DNA of 64,000 bases, from assembly GCA_964252035.1 (NCBI GenBank), contig OZ176209.1; one strand, 5' to 3'. This DNA comes from Podarcis erhardii. Lineage: Eukaryota. Below are positions 1 to 13,958 of this stretch, one piece after another (the first letter of the stretch is position 1; each line of letters opens with the position of its first letter). Below the pieces are notes generated by a model. It saw only the letters and a program-made list of their open reading frames with translations. It was not told where the DNA came from and made no database searches. The translations under genes were made by a program, and so were the position numbers.

Positions 1-1312
1 ATGCAATACCCCTTCTTCCACACTTTTAAACCATTTTCTTTGGGTTCTGTTTGAAATTGTTGTAAGCAGCTCCAAATTGCTTTTTGACTGAAGAGCGGTG
101 GCACAAAATATTATAACAGATAATAATAGATGCAAGAGTTATGGCTTTTGGGTTTATAACCCCATAATTGCTTACGGGGGGGGGGACTCCCCATTTTTTT
201 GCAACAGATTTTTATTTCTTCACCTAGAACAGGTTCTGTCATGAACTGCAAGAGTCAGGAGGATGGAAATGGAAAACTGAATCCCATTGGCCCTTGAAGG
301 TAGTTGCATAATTCCTTGGCTCTGTCATGCCTGATTCTTCAAACTTGTTTAACAGCCTGGATACTATCCTGTAGAACAGTGTAGATTATTTTCTAGCCTA
401 GATTGCCTGCTCTGTGGCTGCTGTTGGATTAGTACTCTTAAAGTTACTCTAACACTTTTAAAGTTTAACAATTAATATATTTACATATTTTGTTTTGTTT
501 TGTTTAAGCGTTTTTACCTTGCCTTCTGTCACACTCAAGGCAGTTTACAATGCAAAATTAGATGCCACAAATTAAAATAACTGAAACACAGACATAGTAG
601 CACCACAATATTGTATGGACAAACAGAATCAAGTGTGTGGGGACTGCTAGAATTACTGAGATCTAGAATCTGTAAGGAGTTAGACAGGGTCATTCTTTTC
701 TAGCACAGCAAATAGTACATCCCTCCAAGCTGGGAGAACTGGCATTGAAATGGTAAATACATAAGACAAATTCATTGAGAATAAAGCTCTCAATGACCAT
801 TAGCAATGCTGGTTCCACTTTATGAAATTAGCAATGGAAGCTTCCTCCTTGGCGGGGAAAAATAGTAGCTTCATTCTGAATTGGTATTCCTGAGAATGAC
901 AGCATAAAGCGAGGTGTGTTTTTTTAAAAAATGCATCCTGTAATCTTGGTCCTGATCTTGCAGCTGCTACTTATCTTTCTGTTAAATATGCGTGTTAATT
1001 GCAGTTGTTCAAGTAAGGTTGCATCTAGTTTAGCCCTGAGAAATGCCAACTTGCTGAAGATCTCCTACTAAACTCTTTGCCAAAGCTGACTTCTTATTCC
1101 CAAATCATATGTACTGCTGAATGCAACTGCACTATCAGTCGCTTTCTGCTCACTAGGAATTTCAGAATAGTTCTAGAGTTGTAATCCACAATAGATCTCT
1201 TCTGTAGAGAGAGATTTTTCAAATGGAGCAAGTTGTGTTCCAAGATGGACCGCTTGATGGTTTCCGAAGTCTCTCCTGCAAGTGGTTCGTGAGTGCTGCC
1301 TTCTTGTAGACT

Positions 1313-2640
1313 TGTATTATTATTTAGTTAATTTTCTGTACCAACCCTCATCTGAGAATCATAGGGTGGTTTACAATACAAAAACACAAAAATATAAAAC
1401 ATACTGACAAACAGAAATAATACCCGCCCAGTTTAAAAAGCCATAGGTTGCTTAATTAGCCAAAGACTGGAGAGAAGTAGAATGCTTTTGCCTGGCACCT
1501 AAAAATATGTAACTAAGGTACCAGGCAAGCCTCCCTGGGGAGAGCATTCCACAAATGGGAAACCGTTGCAAGAAGGGGAGATTGGCAATTGGCTAGTAAT
1601 TAGATTTTCCAAACTGAGGGAGGGTTTTTTGAGGACTGCTTTTACCACTGCCTCCTTCAAGCAGGCATGGGCCCCCTGTCTCACCAGGAAGCATTAATAA
1701 TCTCCTTGGCCTAGTCAGCTGTCTCCTCCCTACTAGTTTTTATCAGCCAAGAGGCTGACTGATCCCAAGCACCTTATCCATCCTTACTGAAACTCATCCA
1801 ACATAACCAAACTAGACAGTGCTCTGGTGGACACCTCTTGAGATTCACCTGTTGTAACATTGGAGTCAAGGTCCAGGCTGACGCAAGTGATTTTATCCTT
1901 AAAATGCTTTGCAAACAAGTGACAGTGAACTACCATCTGTTCTACCACCTCCTTCAGACCAGACTGTAAAAGACCCCATACTATCTGGAAAAGCTCTGGT
2001 GGACGGCATAGTTTGCTACCTTCACTGCAACTAAGTAGGTTTGATGTTGAGTCCACACCAGTGTTAGATTGCATTCGACTGGAGTTTTCCTCCATCTGTG
2101 TTCAAGCTATCTTCCAGCTTGTCTCATTGCATGAAGCTCTGGAGTATACTAAGGAGCCAAAGCAGGAGAAGTTGCTCAGGAGTGATCATGTCAACAGCCC
2201 GAGCCATTCAAATGTACCAGAGATCAGCCAGCACTCTGACAGGAGTGCAAATCATAGCAGCCAGAAAATTCCCAGAGCTGTCTGGAAACCCATTGGTCAG
2301 CCTCTGAAGGGTGGACCATCCCATTAGGCCTATGCAGAAGGGAAAAGGTGCTGGAAGCCTAAATCTCAACAGGAAGTGATGTGACCATGACAAGGGATTG
2401 TGATATCAATAGCACCCTCTTTCTGCCCAGCAGAGAAAACAAGGTCCAGAGTGTTGCCTGCTACATGCAGTGGCCAATGGCATGTTGGGACAGCCCCATG
2501 GTCATCATGGCAGCCACCCTAGAGTCAGTCACCTTGGCATGGATGTTGAAGTCCTCCAAAACTAGCAGTCTGGGAGTCCTCAACATCGCCTCTGAGACCA
2601 GTTCTGTCAGTTCAGGCAGGGAGACTGCTAGGCAGTGAGG
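1313..2640 (-). mobile_element. Degenerate L2-type LINE: endonuclease-to-linker part of ORF2 fused to the 3' end
   Basis: Minus translations give LVLEDFNIH, GNTLDLVF, SWSHHFLLRFRL (APE domain), FAKHFKDKI and LKEAVVKAVLKKPSL, followed by an L2-like 3' tail. Confidence 0.8.
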
Positions 2641-3329
2641 TAGGTGGCATTATTGAATACTGCTTGACAGTTGTATCAAAGCACTGTATTGTTAGGGAAA
2701 GGATTTGAAGAATGGTAGCTTAGAACTCTACGCTGCAGAGCACAATTGGCTCCACATCATGTAAAGGTTTAATGCAGTGTTCTTAAATACGTTATGGGCA
2801 TGCCATTACTAGCTGAGGGCACATCAGAAGTGGAAACAATTACTATAGTAAACCAAATCTGGATGTATATTAAGCACATTCATCTTGAATATAAAGCCCA
2901 AGTACAGATATTGGTGTTAATAATGAATGTTGACCACGTGCCCTCAGCTGCTTATTAGAAGTCAACTCTCCTGACATCTGTTGATAAAATCAGTTCAATG
3001 TCATTATTTCCTCTTCTGTACCAAAATGAGTATTTACATTAGCGCAGACATATTGTATGGCAGTTGTGCAGTTCTGAGAGGCTGCATCAGTGCATCAAAT
3101 GATGTTACACTTGCAACATGTGCTTATATGCATGCAAATATAAATGCAAAAGTTTCCCAGTGCAATCTTGTTCTGATGACTTGCTCTGTTTGTGGAATGA
3201 AAAAGCAGGGCCAGCCTACTCATGGAGAATCGTTTTTATGGGATAGAGAAATAGCCAGACCAGGCAGTTGCCATTTCTTTGCTATTTCTGGGTCCATTAC
3301 TGTTACTATTATTGTACACGTTTGTACAC

Positions 3330-3940
3330 CACTTTATGGCATAAAACCATTGAAGCAACGTATAGGGTAAAATACAGAATAAAATACAGAAGCACAACAA
3401 AACCAATTCAACAAACTCTTAAAAAGAACATTTCATGAAAACAGAGAATTGATCTTTCATAAATAACTGGGTGACACCTCAAGGAAAGCTTTCCTAAACA
3501 AAAAATGTATTCAGTAGGTGCCTAAATATCAGAATGCTATGTGCCTGTCTGATTGTGGCAGAAAAATGAATCCTGAGAGTTGGGGCTAAAAATCCAGTGC
3601 AGACTAATGGAACCTCTGTGTCAGACATATGGTATTCTCAGCAGTATCCTATCTGAGGAGCACAGTTGCTGGGCGGGAGTGTCTTGGGCAAGACGATGCC
3701 TTAGATATTCTCGCCTCAAGTTTAGGGCACTAAATAGTAAAAACAAGACCTTGAATTGTGCCTGGTAGCATTTTGGCAGCTAGTGCAGCTCCTTCAGCAG
3801 AGGATCTGTGATGTTGATGGGGTACCCCAGTCTAGCTGCTGCATTCTTCACCAGCTGCAGCTTCCAGGTTTAGTCCAAGTGAAGCCCCACGTAGAACACA
3901 TAGCAATAATCCAGTCTTGAGGTTACCAGTGCCAAGGTGA
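3330..3940 (-). mobile_element. Degenerate L2 3' fragment
   Basis: Remnants of the TSRLDYCYVFY, KLQLVKNAAARL and LHWLP/FKVLFL motifs on minus. Boundaries are approximate. Confidence 0.7.
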
Positions 3941-5180
3941 ATTCCTTAGAGTATGTGGTCTTTAAAGTGGAAGGAAATGAACTTATACATACACATTAAA
4001 GTTGGTTGCCAACAAAGGAACAATAGAACCCCAGTTAAAATTAAGTTCCTAGTGGGTTTACTCTTTAGGAGATGCTATAAAGTGGGAAGGAATCTTATAC
4101 TGCAAAGTTCTGGAGAAAGGAATGCAGCTTATATCCATCTTAGGGTCCTGTTTGCTATGATTGATATCAGCTGCTACATAGTAGTGCAGCCAAACCTTTG
4201 GATAAATGTAATATAATCCTGACATTTTAGATTCCAGTGGTGCCAAGAATGACAAAATAACAGTATATGTCATAAGTAACAGTTCCAACCTCATCTTGAC
4301 CATTATATACTGTAATGCCAAATCCTGGAAAAGCAGTATTAAACTCTTGAGGACTCTTAAAGGGATGTGCTAAGTAGTTAAAATTAATGTTGCTACCTAA
4401 AATGGAGCTACTAGGGTCATGCAGAAGAAGACTTGTAATTGCTGGGTAGGGAATGCACTAAAATGTCCTGATCTGGATTAATCATTAATCTTCTTTTCCT
4501 ACATTCCAAGAATGGTTTACTCTAGACAATGGTCACTTAACTGTGCAGCTTTGCTTTGTAAGATTTTCTGGGTCACTCTCTCCATAACAACTAAGCTGAA
4601 CTTGGGTTCAAGCTATCTGAAAAAGCTAATAGAACAGCAATGATTTATAGAAAGGTTCTTTTATTTGTACACTTAAAGGAGTTGGCTGCTGTTGTTTTTC
4701 ACTGTTTATCCAAAATCATTAGGAGTTGGGCCAGGTTCACAATGTGACCCAACCCAACATACACACAGAACTGTGTTAGAGCAACCTTGTCTGCAAGGCA
4801 CAGCTCCAGTATTTCCGCTACACAATATGTGTTCTTGAAGCATCAGCATCAACAGAAGTGGTTGCAGTTGCTATTTCATCTGTGAACTTCTGTCTTGCAT
4901 TGTCTGGTTTGTCCAAAGGGCTATTTATTGATGGGTGACTCAGCAAAAAGAGCTGTTAGATAAGGATGTGTGGATAGATATCATTATTTTCTGGTGACTG
5001 GAATGATGTGCCCCTTGAAGCTTTACTAACTGAGAGGTTAATTTGAGAAAAGGCAATTTTAACCAGTTAGTTGTTAAAGTTGTGAAGGACAAAATGGTGT
5101 CATTAACATGATTAAATAAAATAAGATTCGTAATAGAAAATGATATTATAACAGACCTCACAATCAGCTTCAAAATCTAG

Positions 5181-5436
5181 TACAGTCATACCTTGGATCC
5201 CAAACGCCTTGCAACTTGGAACATTTTGGTTTCCGAATGCCGCAAACCCGGAAGTGAGTGCACTGGTTTGAGAACGTTCTTTGGAACCCGAATGTCTGAC
5301 GCAGCTTACGCGGCTTCCAATTGAGTGCAGGAAGCTCCTGCAGCCAGTCAGAAGCTGCGCCTTGGTTGTTGAACGTTTTCAGAAGTTCAATAGACTTCCA
5401 GAACAGATTTGGTTCGACAACCAAGGTACGACTGTA
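5181..5436. mobile_element. Tc1/mariner-type MITE (family A)
   Basis: TA-CAGTCATACCTTGG ... CCAAGGTACGACTG-TA: TIRs with TA duplication. Confidence 0.9.
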
Positions 5437-6926
5437 GTAAGTGAAATTGAAAAACTTTCCATTCCAAAAATAAGGCCTATGGAAGACAGGCAAACAAGAT
5501 TGCCTTATCAGTGGCTCAGAGGGAGTTTAGCTTCATTGAGTATCAATAGTTTGAGGCCAGGATATCTTGGGGGCAATTGCTGCTTCCAATGTGGACTTCA
5601 CTTGACTTAGACTCTTCTAGTTGTCTTTCTCACCTACTAGACAAATGTTCAGTGGGACAGATGTTTTCTCTGCCCCACATCGCCCCCGCTAAGCAAGCAG
5701 AAACTGTGTTTCAACAGGCATATTAAAAGATTTTTAAAAGCACCTTTTATTAGTTTTCCCTTGTTTGTTCTTGGGCTGTGTGTTAAAATGGAAAACAAAG
5801 GTCACCTTTTTGCCACATGGAGATGTTCCATTTACCAATTTTAAAAGTTTGGATACACCTTTCTAAGCAAATACCCACTCCAGGCAGCTTACAGTATTTT
5901 AAAATATTTGTTTTCCTTTTTACACTTTCTTGTTGTGTGCTAACCCTCACTGGAGGATAGAAACTGGCTTTGTGTTTTTGAGGCATTTCTCTCAAAACTA
6001 ATCTGTGTACTTGGTCAGTAGAGTTTAATAACGTTCCTTGCACCTTTCCACCCCAAAATATATTTTCTTTTGAGCCTTCAGGGTCTGCTTATGGTTCCAG
6101 CTTGAATCCTTCTCTCTTCTATGGAAGAGGGGAGTTGTGGAGAGTTTGCTGATGCTGGATTAGGGAGACAGCACCAGAGACATTTAGGAGAATGAGCCAT
6201 TTGCTATTGTCCCTTGCACCCCTCCAGTGGGGTATGGTGCTGCACATGTTCACTTCCTCTGCTGATGGGAAAATAGGTGTGAGAGAGAACATGCACTGGG
6301 GCATGCTGTTTCTGGTTCCAGTTGTGTGAATGAGGGTGAGGTTACTCCCCTGCTTTCTGAGCATGATGGAGTTGCCTGGAACAATTGCTGCACTCCAGTG
6401 GATACTCCCAACTCTGCTTTCATCACATTGCTATAATCATTCTCTTACACGGAGTATCTATGGAATGCTCTTACGATGTTGTAAGAAATCTATGCATGAC
6501 AAATGATTTGTTCCCTTAAACCTAGTATGAAGGCTTTACTGTTTGAGAAATGTATGAAAACTTACCTCAGCCTGCAGTTACTCCAGGCTGTAACTCCCAA
6601 CTCTCTCCCCCTCCTTCCCCCCAGCAGCAAGATATCTATGACAAAAGTGTCTCTCACTAAATGTAAACGAATTGTGAAAAAGACTCTTAGGAATTGAAAA
6701 TGGAGACGATAGACGTACCCTTCCCTGTTCCTTTGTTTTGTAACACACACAAAAATCCTTAATAAAACTTAAAACAAAAATTGATGGGAGTGGAAGTTGG
6801 AGGGAAAAATTAAGATTGTTCTAGAAAAGTTATTGTTATTTTCTACAAATGTTAGCAAAGCTCCTGCTGTGGAAACACAACCTTTACCTTGTTGCTAATT
6901 GCTACCATCTCTTTTGCAGACTCAAA

Positions 6927-7038
6927 ATGCCAAACTGGGGAGGTGGCAACAAGTGTGGGGCCTGTGGCAGAACAGTGTACCATGCAGAAGAAGTACAATG
7001 TGATGGGAGAAGCTTCCACAGATGCTGCTTTCTTTGTA
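6927..7038 (+). CDS. CSRP2: Cysteine and glycine-rich protein 2, coding exon 1 ([37 protein letters not shown])
   Basis: Translation matches the recalled CRP2 N-terminus (LIM1 CxxC). Acceptor ttttgcAG ends at 6919, ATG at 6927, donor a|GTAAGT at 7039; 112 coding nt. Confidence 0.97.
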
Positions 7039-7484
7039 GTAAGTACTCTTTTCAGTTGAAACAGTGAATGGGCAGTGCAAGTAGTGAGCAGCAGGACCAT
7101 AATTTTTGCTATTCAGATCCAAAGACAGACATCTTATGGCCTCAAGGAACAAAGAGTGTAAAATACCAAGCACTATCTATGCTGCCTTGAGCAATCTTGA
7201 GTTCCTTTCTTCCCAGGATGACTCGAGAGGACTGTATCTTCACCAGAGGAATGCAGTAGTCTTTGTCAGGAGAGCATTTTCAGACACAGCATGACCACCA
7301 CAGGAAGTGGACCTACTTGCATGTCTCATATAACTGAGGACATAAACAATGAGAAGCGGCTCTAGCTGTTCTTTGGAAGAGAAGTGGACCAGCTCTGTCT
7401 AGTACTGAGAGTATTAAAAGGACTGGAATTAGCGGGATTCAAGACTGAGCTATATCACCATCTTTACAAATGAAAGGCTTAGGT

Positions 7485-7608
7485 CAGTGGTCGGCAGGTT
7501 ATGGTCCTCCAGATGTGTGGGGGCTGCAACTTCTATTGGCCTCAGCAAGCATGGTCAATGGAGTTGTAGTCTCAGAACATCTGGAGGGCCACAAGTTCCC
7601 CATGCCTG
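7485..7608. mobile_element. Short fold-back hAT-like MITE
   Basis: Internal inverted repeats (ggtcctccagatg ... catctggagggcc); similar to 44008-44145 and 55903-56038. Confidence 0.65.
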
Positions 7609-9664
7609 GTTTAGGTTTTCACTTTGCTACACGTTGGTCTCTTCAAATCAAAGCCACCATTTCAGTTGGCTCTGAGCTGAATTTATATTCTAAGATTAAG
7701 CATGCTAACAAAATACCAAGTTTAATCCATAAAAATGCCTGTTTCACACTGTAAGTTGTTCCAGCAGTTTACATTTTAAAGATCATTTTGTGAGAATTCA
7801 TTAGTTGGCTCTCTTCCTCATCCATACCAAATAAGTTAATTGAATGATCTGGTTGATTTTCTATTTCAGCACAGTGGAGCCAAAATTCTGTTGGGCTTTG
7901 GCACAGGAGGCTGTTGATTGTCTTAAATGAGCAGAGTCTATGCGATTATGTTTCAGGCCAACAGCTTATTGAAGAATTGCATTTTTGTACTAAAAAGCAT
8001 GTTCATTAGATACTAAGCAAAAGATTGCATCAAATAACTGCTTTGTGATGCAGCTGCCACAAAGAAGAGCAATATTGTTGTGACATTAAATGTGGATTGT
8101 AGTTTACCCAAGCTCATGTCATGAAATTAGTAAGAGCAACAAGCAATTTGGGTGGGGGAGGCAGGCCAGGAATTTTCAGTAGCTGCACTTCAGGAAAAGC
8201 AGGGCAGTTGATAACAGCTGTCAAACCTCATGGTAGCAAGAAAGTCAATGAGCTAAGCAGCAAAGCTGGGAAGGTAACAGAATAAGCTCAAACTATTTGC
8301 AGTTTAGGTTCAGGATTGCTTCTTCCTGTTTAGGCTTAGACATGGAAAATATGAAGGAATAAGTTTCTGAGGATGCATAAAGAACTCAGCTGTGAAAGAA
8401 TTGGTTATCTCATTTGGCCTCTACAAATCTGGGATTAAAGGCGAGAGCCCTCCTAGTCAGAAGGCATGACAACATTTTTCATGAAACTAAACAGTGTCTT
8501 GTGAGATAATAATGGAACACATTGTACACTACACAATTCGACTACAGGAGTCAAAACCCAAAGTGTGGCACTGCTCTGCTTCAAAAGGAAGCAAAAATGC
8601 ACCCAATAGAATCTAGTTCTGCAGTGTAGCTTGACTCGCATTTGATGTGGAATAGTGATGAGACATGAGCATAAATGCATTTCTATCTTCGTAACCTTTA
8701 CAATGCTAGTTAAAAGGTGGGTACTGTATTTTCATTGGGTGTGAGGAATGGCTAGTGCTGGTGTCAAGCCTCTGTGTTGTGATCTTGACTGCCACTCCCC
8801 TGTGGCTGCAGCGTGCAAAAAATTATAGAGTGGAGATGCATTTGTGCACCTATTGTTACGTCACATTTTCTCCTGATACAGACCATTAAATGCAAAAGCT
8901 CTTGCAGTCTTATGGATCAATATATATATTTTTCTTACTAGGTGAGTTCTGAACCACCTGTTTCTGGTGATATGCAAAAATAATACTCAATTTTGAAGTC
9001 GTAGTGGTGTTAACTAAAGCATGTTGCCCTGAAGTAAACTTCTTGAATGTGAATGGTGGAGAGCACATGGACTGTTGTGCTGAGTGCTCATATAGAACTG
9101 CCCATATTTTCTCATTAACAGAGAAATTCTGGCCTCATTCCCAGGAAACAGAACAAGCAACTTAAAGCTGTAAAAGCAGAAATAGGTTACTAATGGTATT
9201 TCAGGACATGGGTTTAAGTTGGGTCAGCATTCCCAGTAAGTCTCAAATGGAGTACCCGTAGAAGGTGCACTAATTATTATTTTTAGTGCCTCTAGTTATG
9301 GATACTTTGTAAAGTAAAAATGGGAACTGTTGCATAATTAAACATGTTGTGTGGTTTTAAAAAAGCAAGAGGGAAAATTGCTGGCCTCAGTTCCTGGCTT
9401 CTTTTGCAGCCTTGTTAATTAAACTGCATCAAGCTTCCATTCTGTAAATGTCACAATTAAGAATGGGAAAGGAGGGACAAGTCCCTCAGTAGAGCAAAAT
9501 ATAACCCAGCAATTCAAAAACATTCCCCTCTTTTCATTTTCCAGTAGTCCGCTAAGTTTTAAGAACTACCAGAGGCACTTTCCCCCCCTGGCACTTAATG
9601 TTCCTTTCTGTTAATAAATAGGCATCCGTTTTTTGAAGAAGCAAATTCTTTCTTTCTTTTCCAG

Positions 9665-9833
9665 TGGTCTGCCGGAAAAACTTAGACAGCACAACAGTAG
9701 CCATCCATGACGAAGAGGTCTACTGCAAATCATGCTATGGAAAGAAGTATGGTCCAAAAGGCTATGGCTATGGCCAAGGAGCAGGCACTCTTAATATGGA
9801 CAGAGGGGAGAGGCTGGGCATCAAGCATGACAA
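9665..9833 (+). CDS. CSRP2: CSRP2 coding exon 2 ([56 protein letters not shown])
   Basis: ccAG acceptor at 9663-9664, GTAAGT donor at 9834; 169 nt; rest of LIM1 plus the Gly-rich repeat; phase consistent. Confidence 0.97.
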
Positions 9834-11272
9834 GTAAGTATAACTTGCATTCTACTTGAGCTACTTGTAACTGCAGCTGGCAGTGTGACCCTACATGAAA
9901 CAGCCTGCAGCCATGCTTTTGTCATGTCTGTATTATGTATTGTCCCTAAGCAATGGTGGAATGGTAAAGTTCACTCTGATTATATAACTAAGCCTTCGTT
10001 ATTAGCAGCTGTCCAGGGAACAAACATCTCTGGAAATGAGTCAACCCTGGTTTGCTCTCTGTGTGTAATAGTGATTCAGTTTTCTCAGAAAGCTGATTAT
10101 TATGGAAGTGACGCAGCTAGGCTCTGTTGGCAAGTGTTTTATAATTAAGGGTCCACCTCTTAAATCATGTTATGTTACTTTAGAATCTCATGAATATCCA
10201 GCCTAATATATATATAATGGGGTAAACCAATGCCTAATTCACATGTGACACCAAACCATGGTTTGGGCACAATGAGAATTGTGCTTGCGTGCACTTCCTC
10301 TTCTCTTTATGCACTCGGCTTCAGTTGCTTCCTCTTGAATCAAAACCAGTTCACATTGGCTTGTGCAGCAGCAGCAGCAGTTATGGCTTCCAGTAAGCCA
10401 GGAGCATTGGGGGCGGGTAGTAATTGCGAGCAAGGCTTGGTATTTCATTTGAACAGTCTCAACATGTTGGATGCTGAGCAGTTCCTTCTGTTCAAATGAA
10501 GGCTTCAAAGCCTTGATATTATGCCTCAGATGAATTTATAGTTCTCAAGGCTATAGAGCGCCTTCACTGTAAAATGAAAAGCCATGATGTAGTCCACCAT
10601 AACCTCATTGATTGTAGTAGGATTTTCAGGGCCCTCTAAATGGATAAGAATACTTGGCTGGTGAGGGCACCTCCCCAAATGACAGGGGATTTGTTTTAAA
10701 GACAAACAAGCCACAAGGCAAAAAGAAACTCAGATCTGTAGAACGGCTGCATTTTAAAGAATACAGGAAATACTGTGGCAGTCTTCAGACACAAATGAGG
10801 CTGTATTGATGTGGGCTTTTGATAAAAGTTGTTTTTATAAATTCCAGTAAACTTTAGAGCAAAAATCCTGATGTGAGGCAGTCTTAAATAAGTACATTTT
10901 AAGCAGTGCATATTTGTAAACCTAGCCATTGTTCAAACTAAGGGATAATTTGCGAACATGGCTGCCTTTAAAAACCTTTCATATTACAGGTGCAAATTGA
11001 GGGGAAATCATTACAACAGCATTGTGAGAGTTCAGTGAATCAGCATAGAGAAGTATAATTATGGGCTAGTATGCATCCAAACCAGGTTATTGGTTTGTGG
11101 TGTTTCCCCCCTGTTGTTTTTATTATGTATTTTGTGTTTTTATTTTGTATTTTTATGTTGTGAACCATCCTTTGATCTATGGATTAAGGGCAGGACACAA
11201 ATTTAATAATAATAAATAATGGATTCCACTGAAATTGGATATTCACACTAGGGCACCTTTACTTTATTTTAG

Positions 11273-11402
11273 TGCACCTTCTCACCGACCTACAACAAGT
11301 CCAAATACTTCAAAGTTTGCCCAAAAATTTGGAGGAGCAGAGAAATGTTCCAGGTGTGGTGATTCTGTGTATGCAGCAGAGAAAGTAATAGGAGCTGGAA
11401 AG
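11273..11402 (+). CDS. CSRP2: CSRP2 coding exon 3 ([44 protein letters not shown])
   Basis: ttttAG acceptor at 11271-11272, GTAAGG donor at 11403; 130 nt; linker and start of LIM2. Confidence 0.97.
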
Positions 11403-11746
11403 GTAAGGTGGCATATTGTTGCAGAGACCTTGCCAAGCAACACTGACATTTTTCAGATTCATTAATTGTAGATAAACTTGGCTTGTTAAGGGTGGGGTAG
11501 CTTGCTCTCTTACACGAGGTGAGCAAGTAAATCTCTTTGAGGAGGAAGAGATTTGCAGTCTTGAGACAGTGGCCAGCTGAATCCAGTTTCTCAAACATTT
11601 GTACTTAAGTGCTTTTTACTAATAGATCAAGCTCATATGAATAGCAAGATAACTCTAAGAAGACAACTTTTTTTGAAAATAGATTTGGAATTTTTTTAAT
11701 GGTGCAATACAGAAGCCTAAAATAAATGTGCTCTCTTTCTATCTAG

Positions 11747-11840
11747 CCTTGGCACAAAAACTGCTTTCGCTGTGCCAAGTGTGGGAAAAGTCTTGAATCA
11801 ACAACTCTGACAGAGAAGGACGGTGAAATCTATTGCAAAG
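11747..11840 (+). CDS. CSRP2: CSRP2 coding exon 4 ([31 protein letters not shown])
   Basis: ctAG acceptor at 11745-11746, GTAAGA donor at 11841; 94 nt; LIM2. Confidence 0.97.
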
Positions 11841-12275
11841 GTAAGAGGTTAAGGCAAAGGGCATAAAAATTGCTTGTTCCGGTGAAGAGTCGTATGGTTT
11901 GATTCCAGGAAGGGGTGGTCAACAGGTCAAAGGAATGTATTCTGCAACTGTTCTTTAAGTGGATAAATATTTTCTCAATTTAAGTGATATTTGGAGAATA
12001 ATGAAGGTATCAGGTTTTCAACTAAGGAAGTAATCTTAAATCATTGCTGTGGATGGTGTAGGGACAACTATTTTACACCAGCCAAAAGGATTTGTATAGC
12101 AGTTTCCTTCTTTCAGAAGTGACAGCTCTTTAGGTATAAGGAATAGTTTTGCCCTGGAAAACAATAGAAAATCATTTTTTAAAATGTTCTGTAAATCTGC
12201 TTGAGTACCCGATTTTATTATTTCACCAAAACAACTGCTAGAATTGAACTGATAGTCTACTATTTATCCTTGCAG

Positions 12276-12352
12276 GTTGTTATGCGAAGAACTTTGGCCC
12301 CAAAGGATTTGGCTATGGGCAGGGAGCTGGTGCTCTGGTTCACGCTCAATGA
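12276..12352 (+). CDS. CSRP2: CSRP2 last coding exon ([25 protein letters not shown])
   Basis: gcAG acceptor at 12274-12275, TGA at 12350-12352. The five exons total 582 nt = 193 aa plus stop. Confidence 0.97.
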
Positions 12353-12515
12353 TTCGTTAGTGCCATTGCACTGAAATGGTTCTATAGTTACAACTTAAAT
12401 GCCACTAATTACTGTGAAACTGATAACTAGTGTCCTATGCCGTTGCTTGTCTTAAAGTATTGCATTTTCTCAAGCCTTAAAAGCACACTTTTTACATGCA
12501 CTGTCAATTGGGTTC

Positions 12516-12521
12516 AGTAAA
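12516..12521 (+). terminator. Candidate proximal variant poly(A) signal of CSRP2 (AGTAAA)
   Basis: Known variant hexamer about 165 nt after the stop, followed by a T-rich stretch. Use is not shown. Confidence 0.3.
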
Positions 12522-13952
12522 TCTTTTTTTGCTTATAAGATTAGTGTGTTGAAAGGCCCCCTGGAGAAAATTGTTCTGTTTCTACTGCCTACAGATCTGC
12601 ATCTATATATTGCTTTGGCTGCAACATTTGAAGCATGGTACAAGTTGCTTGCTGCCTAAACAAGCACTTCATCAGGTAATGGGAAGACTGGGAGTAAAAA
12701 GCATGTTAATCCATTATAGCCAAGTCTGTCATTGTAGATTTGCAGTAGCCCTGCTCAGGCATTAACCTTCCCAATTATGCTGCTTGGTCTTGCCTACTCC
12801 ACGTTGGAGAAGTAACTTCTAAAACAGGAACCCGCTCTACTCATGGAGTCCATGATTTAGAATCCTGGTGTTACTCCACTAAGTATAGCAAGTTCCCTTC
12901 TAGAGAATGATTGGATAATGGCTGAGTTAAGGCCAGTAAGCTGACAACCACCCATCCCTTGCTCTGCCCCTTTTGCAGTTTTATAGGGCATGAACACCCG
13001 AACAGGGCTTGTGCAAATGGCCATCATAGCACTATGTTAACTGTCCATCTCAGTAGTTTCACAGGCAACAGATGTGAGGTACCTTGATGTCAGAAAGGCA
13101 GCAACTTCTAAAAATGCAACTGAGGTATCTTCTGCAGTAGATCTCTGCTCTGGCTATTCTAATTCATGGTATCCTAAAGAGAGATTTGGGGAGGAAACCA
13201 TGGCTTGACTCACAAGGAAGTTCCCTTCCCTACTCCTATTTCAGCTGCACATGCCGTTTGGGAAGATGTTGGATGGAGCACAGGGGGAACTCTATGAACT
13301 CAAGTTTACTATAAGATACAAGTCTATGATAAATACTGCAGTTATTAGAACATTAAGAGTCTGGAGTAACTTCTAGAAAGCCTCAAATCTTGTTATTACT
13401 CTTTGAATACTGTTGTTCTGAATTGCTTGTAGAGTTAGCCCTACAACTATTGCTGCTCTATCCATAATTGGCCAGGGTTATGACATTTTGGAATATACAC
13501 AGTAACAAAAATGTCATTTGTGATTCAGACTTCTGCAAAGGGACCAGTACTTCCAACCAATTACTAGGGTATCTTCAAGATTGTGGATGAGGCAGGGGAA
13601 GAAGCAGACAGGACAGTAACTAGAAAGCGTAGGGAAACTAAAGTTTCACTTGTTAAACAGTTTATTCTTGTGTTATATAGACAAACCATTTTTGTCAGAT
13701 TTTATTCATTTGGTAACTTGTTCCCATATCCCTATTCCATAGTAGACTTCACTACAGAGATTTTAGATATCTAAGTATATATGAACTATGGGCTTTGCTA
13801 TTTTTGCAGTATGAACTGGGATAATGGACATTTTATTTCAAGCCAAGATGCTATTTTGCTTTTGTTAATCATGCGAGTTTGCTTGGTATGCTTATGTACA
13901 TGTGGGTCATTTTGAAATTTTTGAAGCAAGGACAAAGTATGCATGTCTTAAC

Positions 13953-13958
13953 AATAAA
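13953..13958 (+). terminator. Candidate distal poly(A) signal of CSRP2 (AATAAA)
   Basis: First canonical AATAAA I found downstream of the CSRP2 stop. Confidence 0.3.

Noticed and set aside
5170-5610. Similar short ORFs here and at 28158-28572 and 55069-55636 suggesting a small gene family
   Set aside because: They are translations of copies of the same non-coding MITE family.
1-6919. CSRP2 promoter or non-coding first exon
   Set aside because: No CpG island or convincing first exon seen; it probably lies upstream of the window.
13462-13471. Perfect CArG box CCATAATTGG downstream of CSRP2, an SRF-associated gene
   Set aside because: Several perfect CArG matches are expected by chance in 64 kb of AT-rich DNA, and no conservation or clustering evidence is available.
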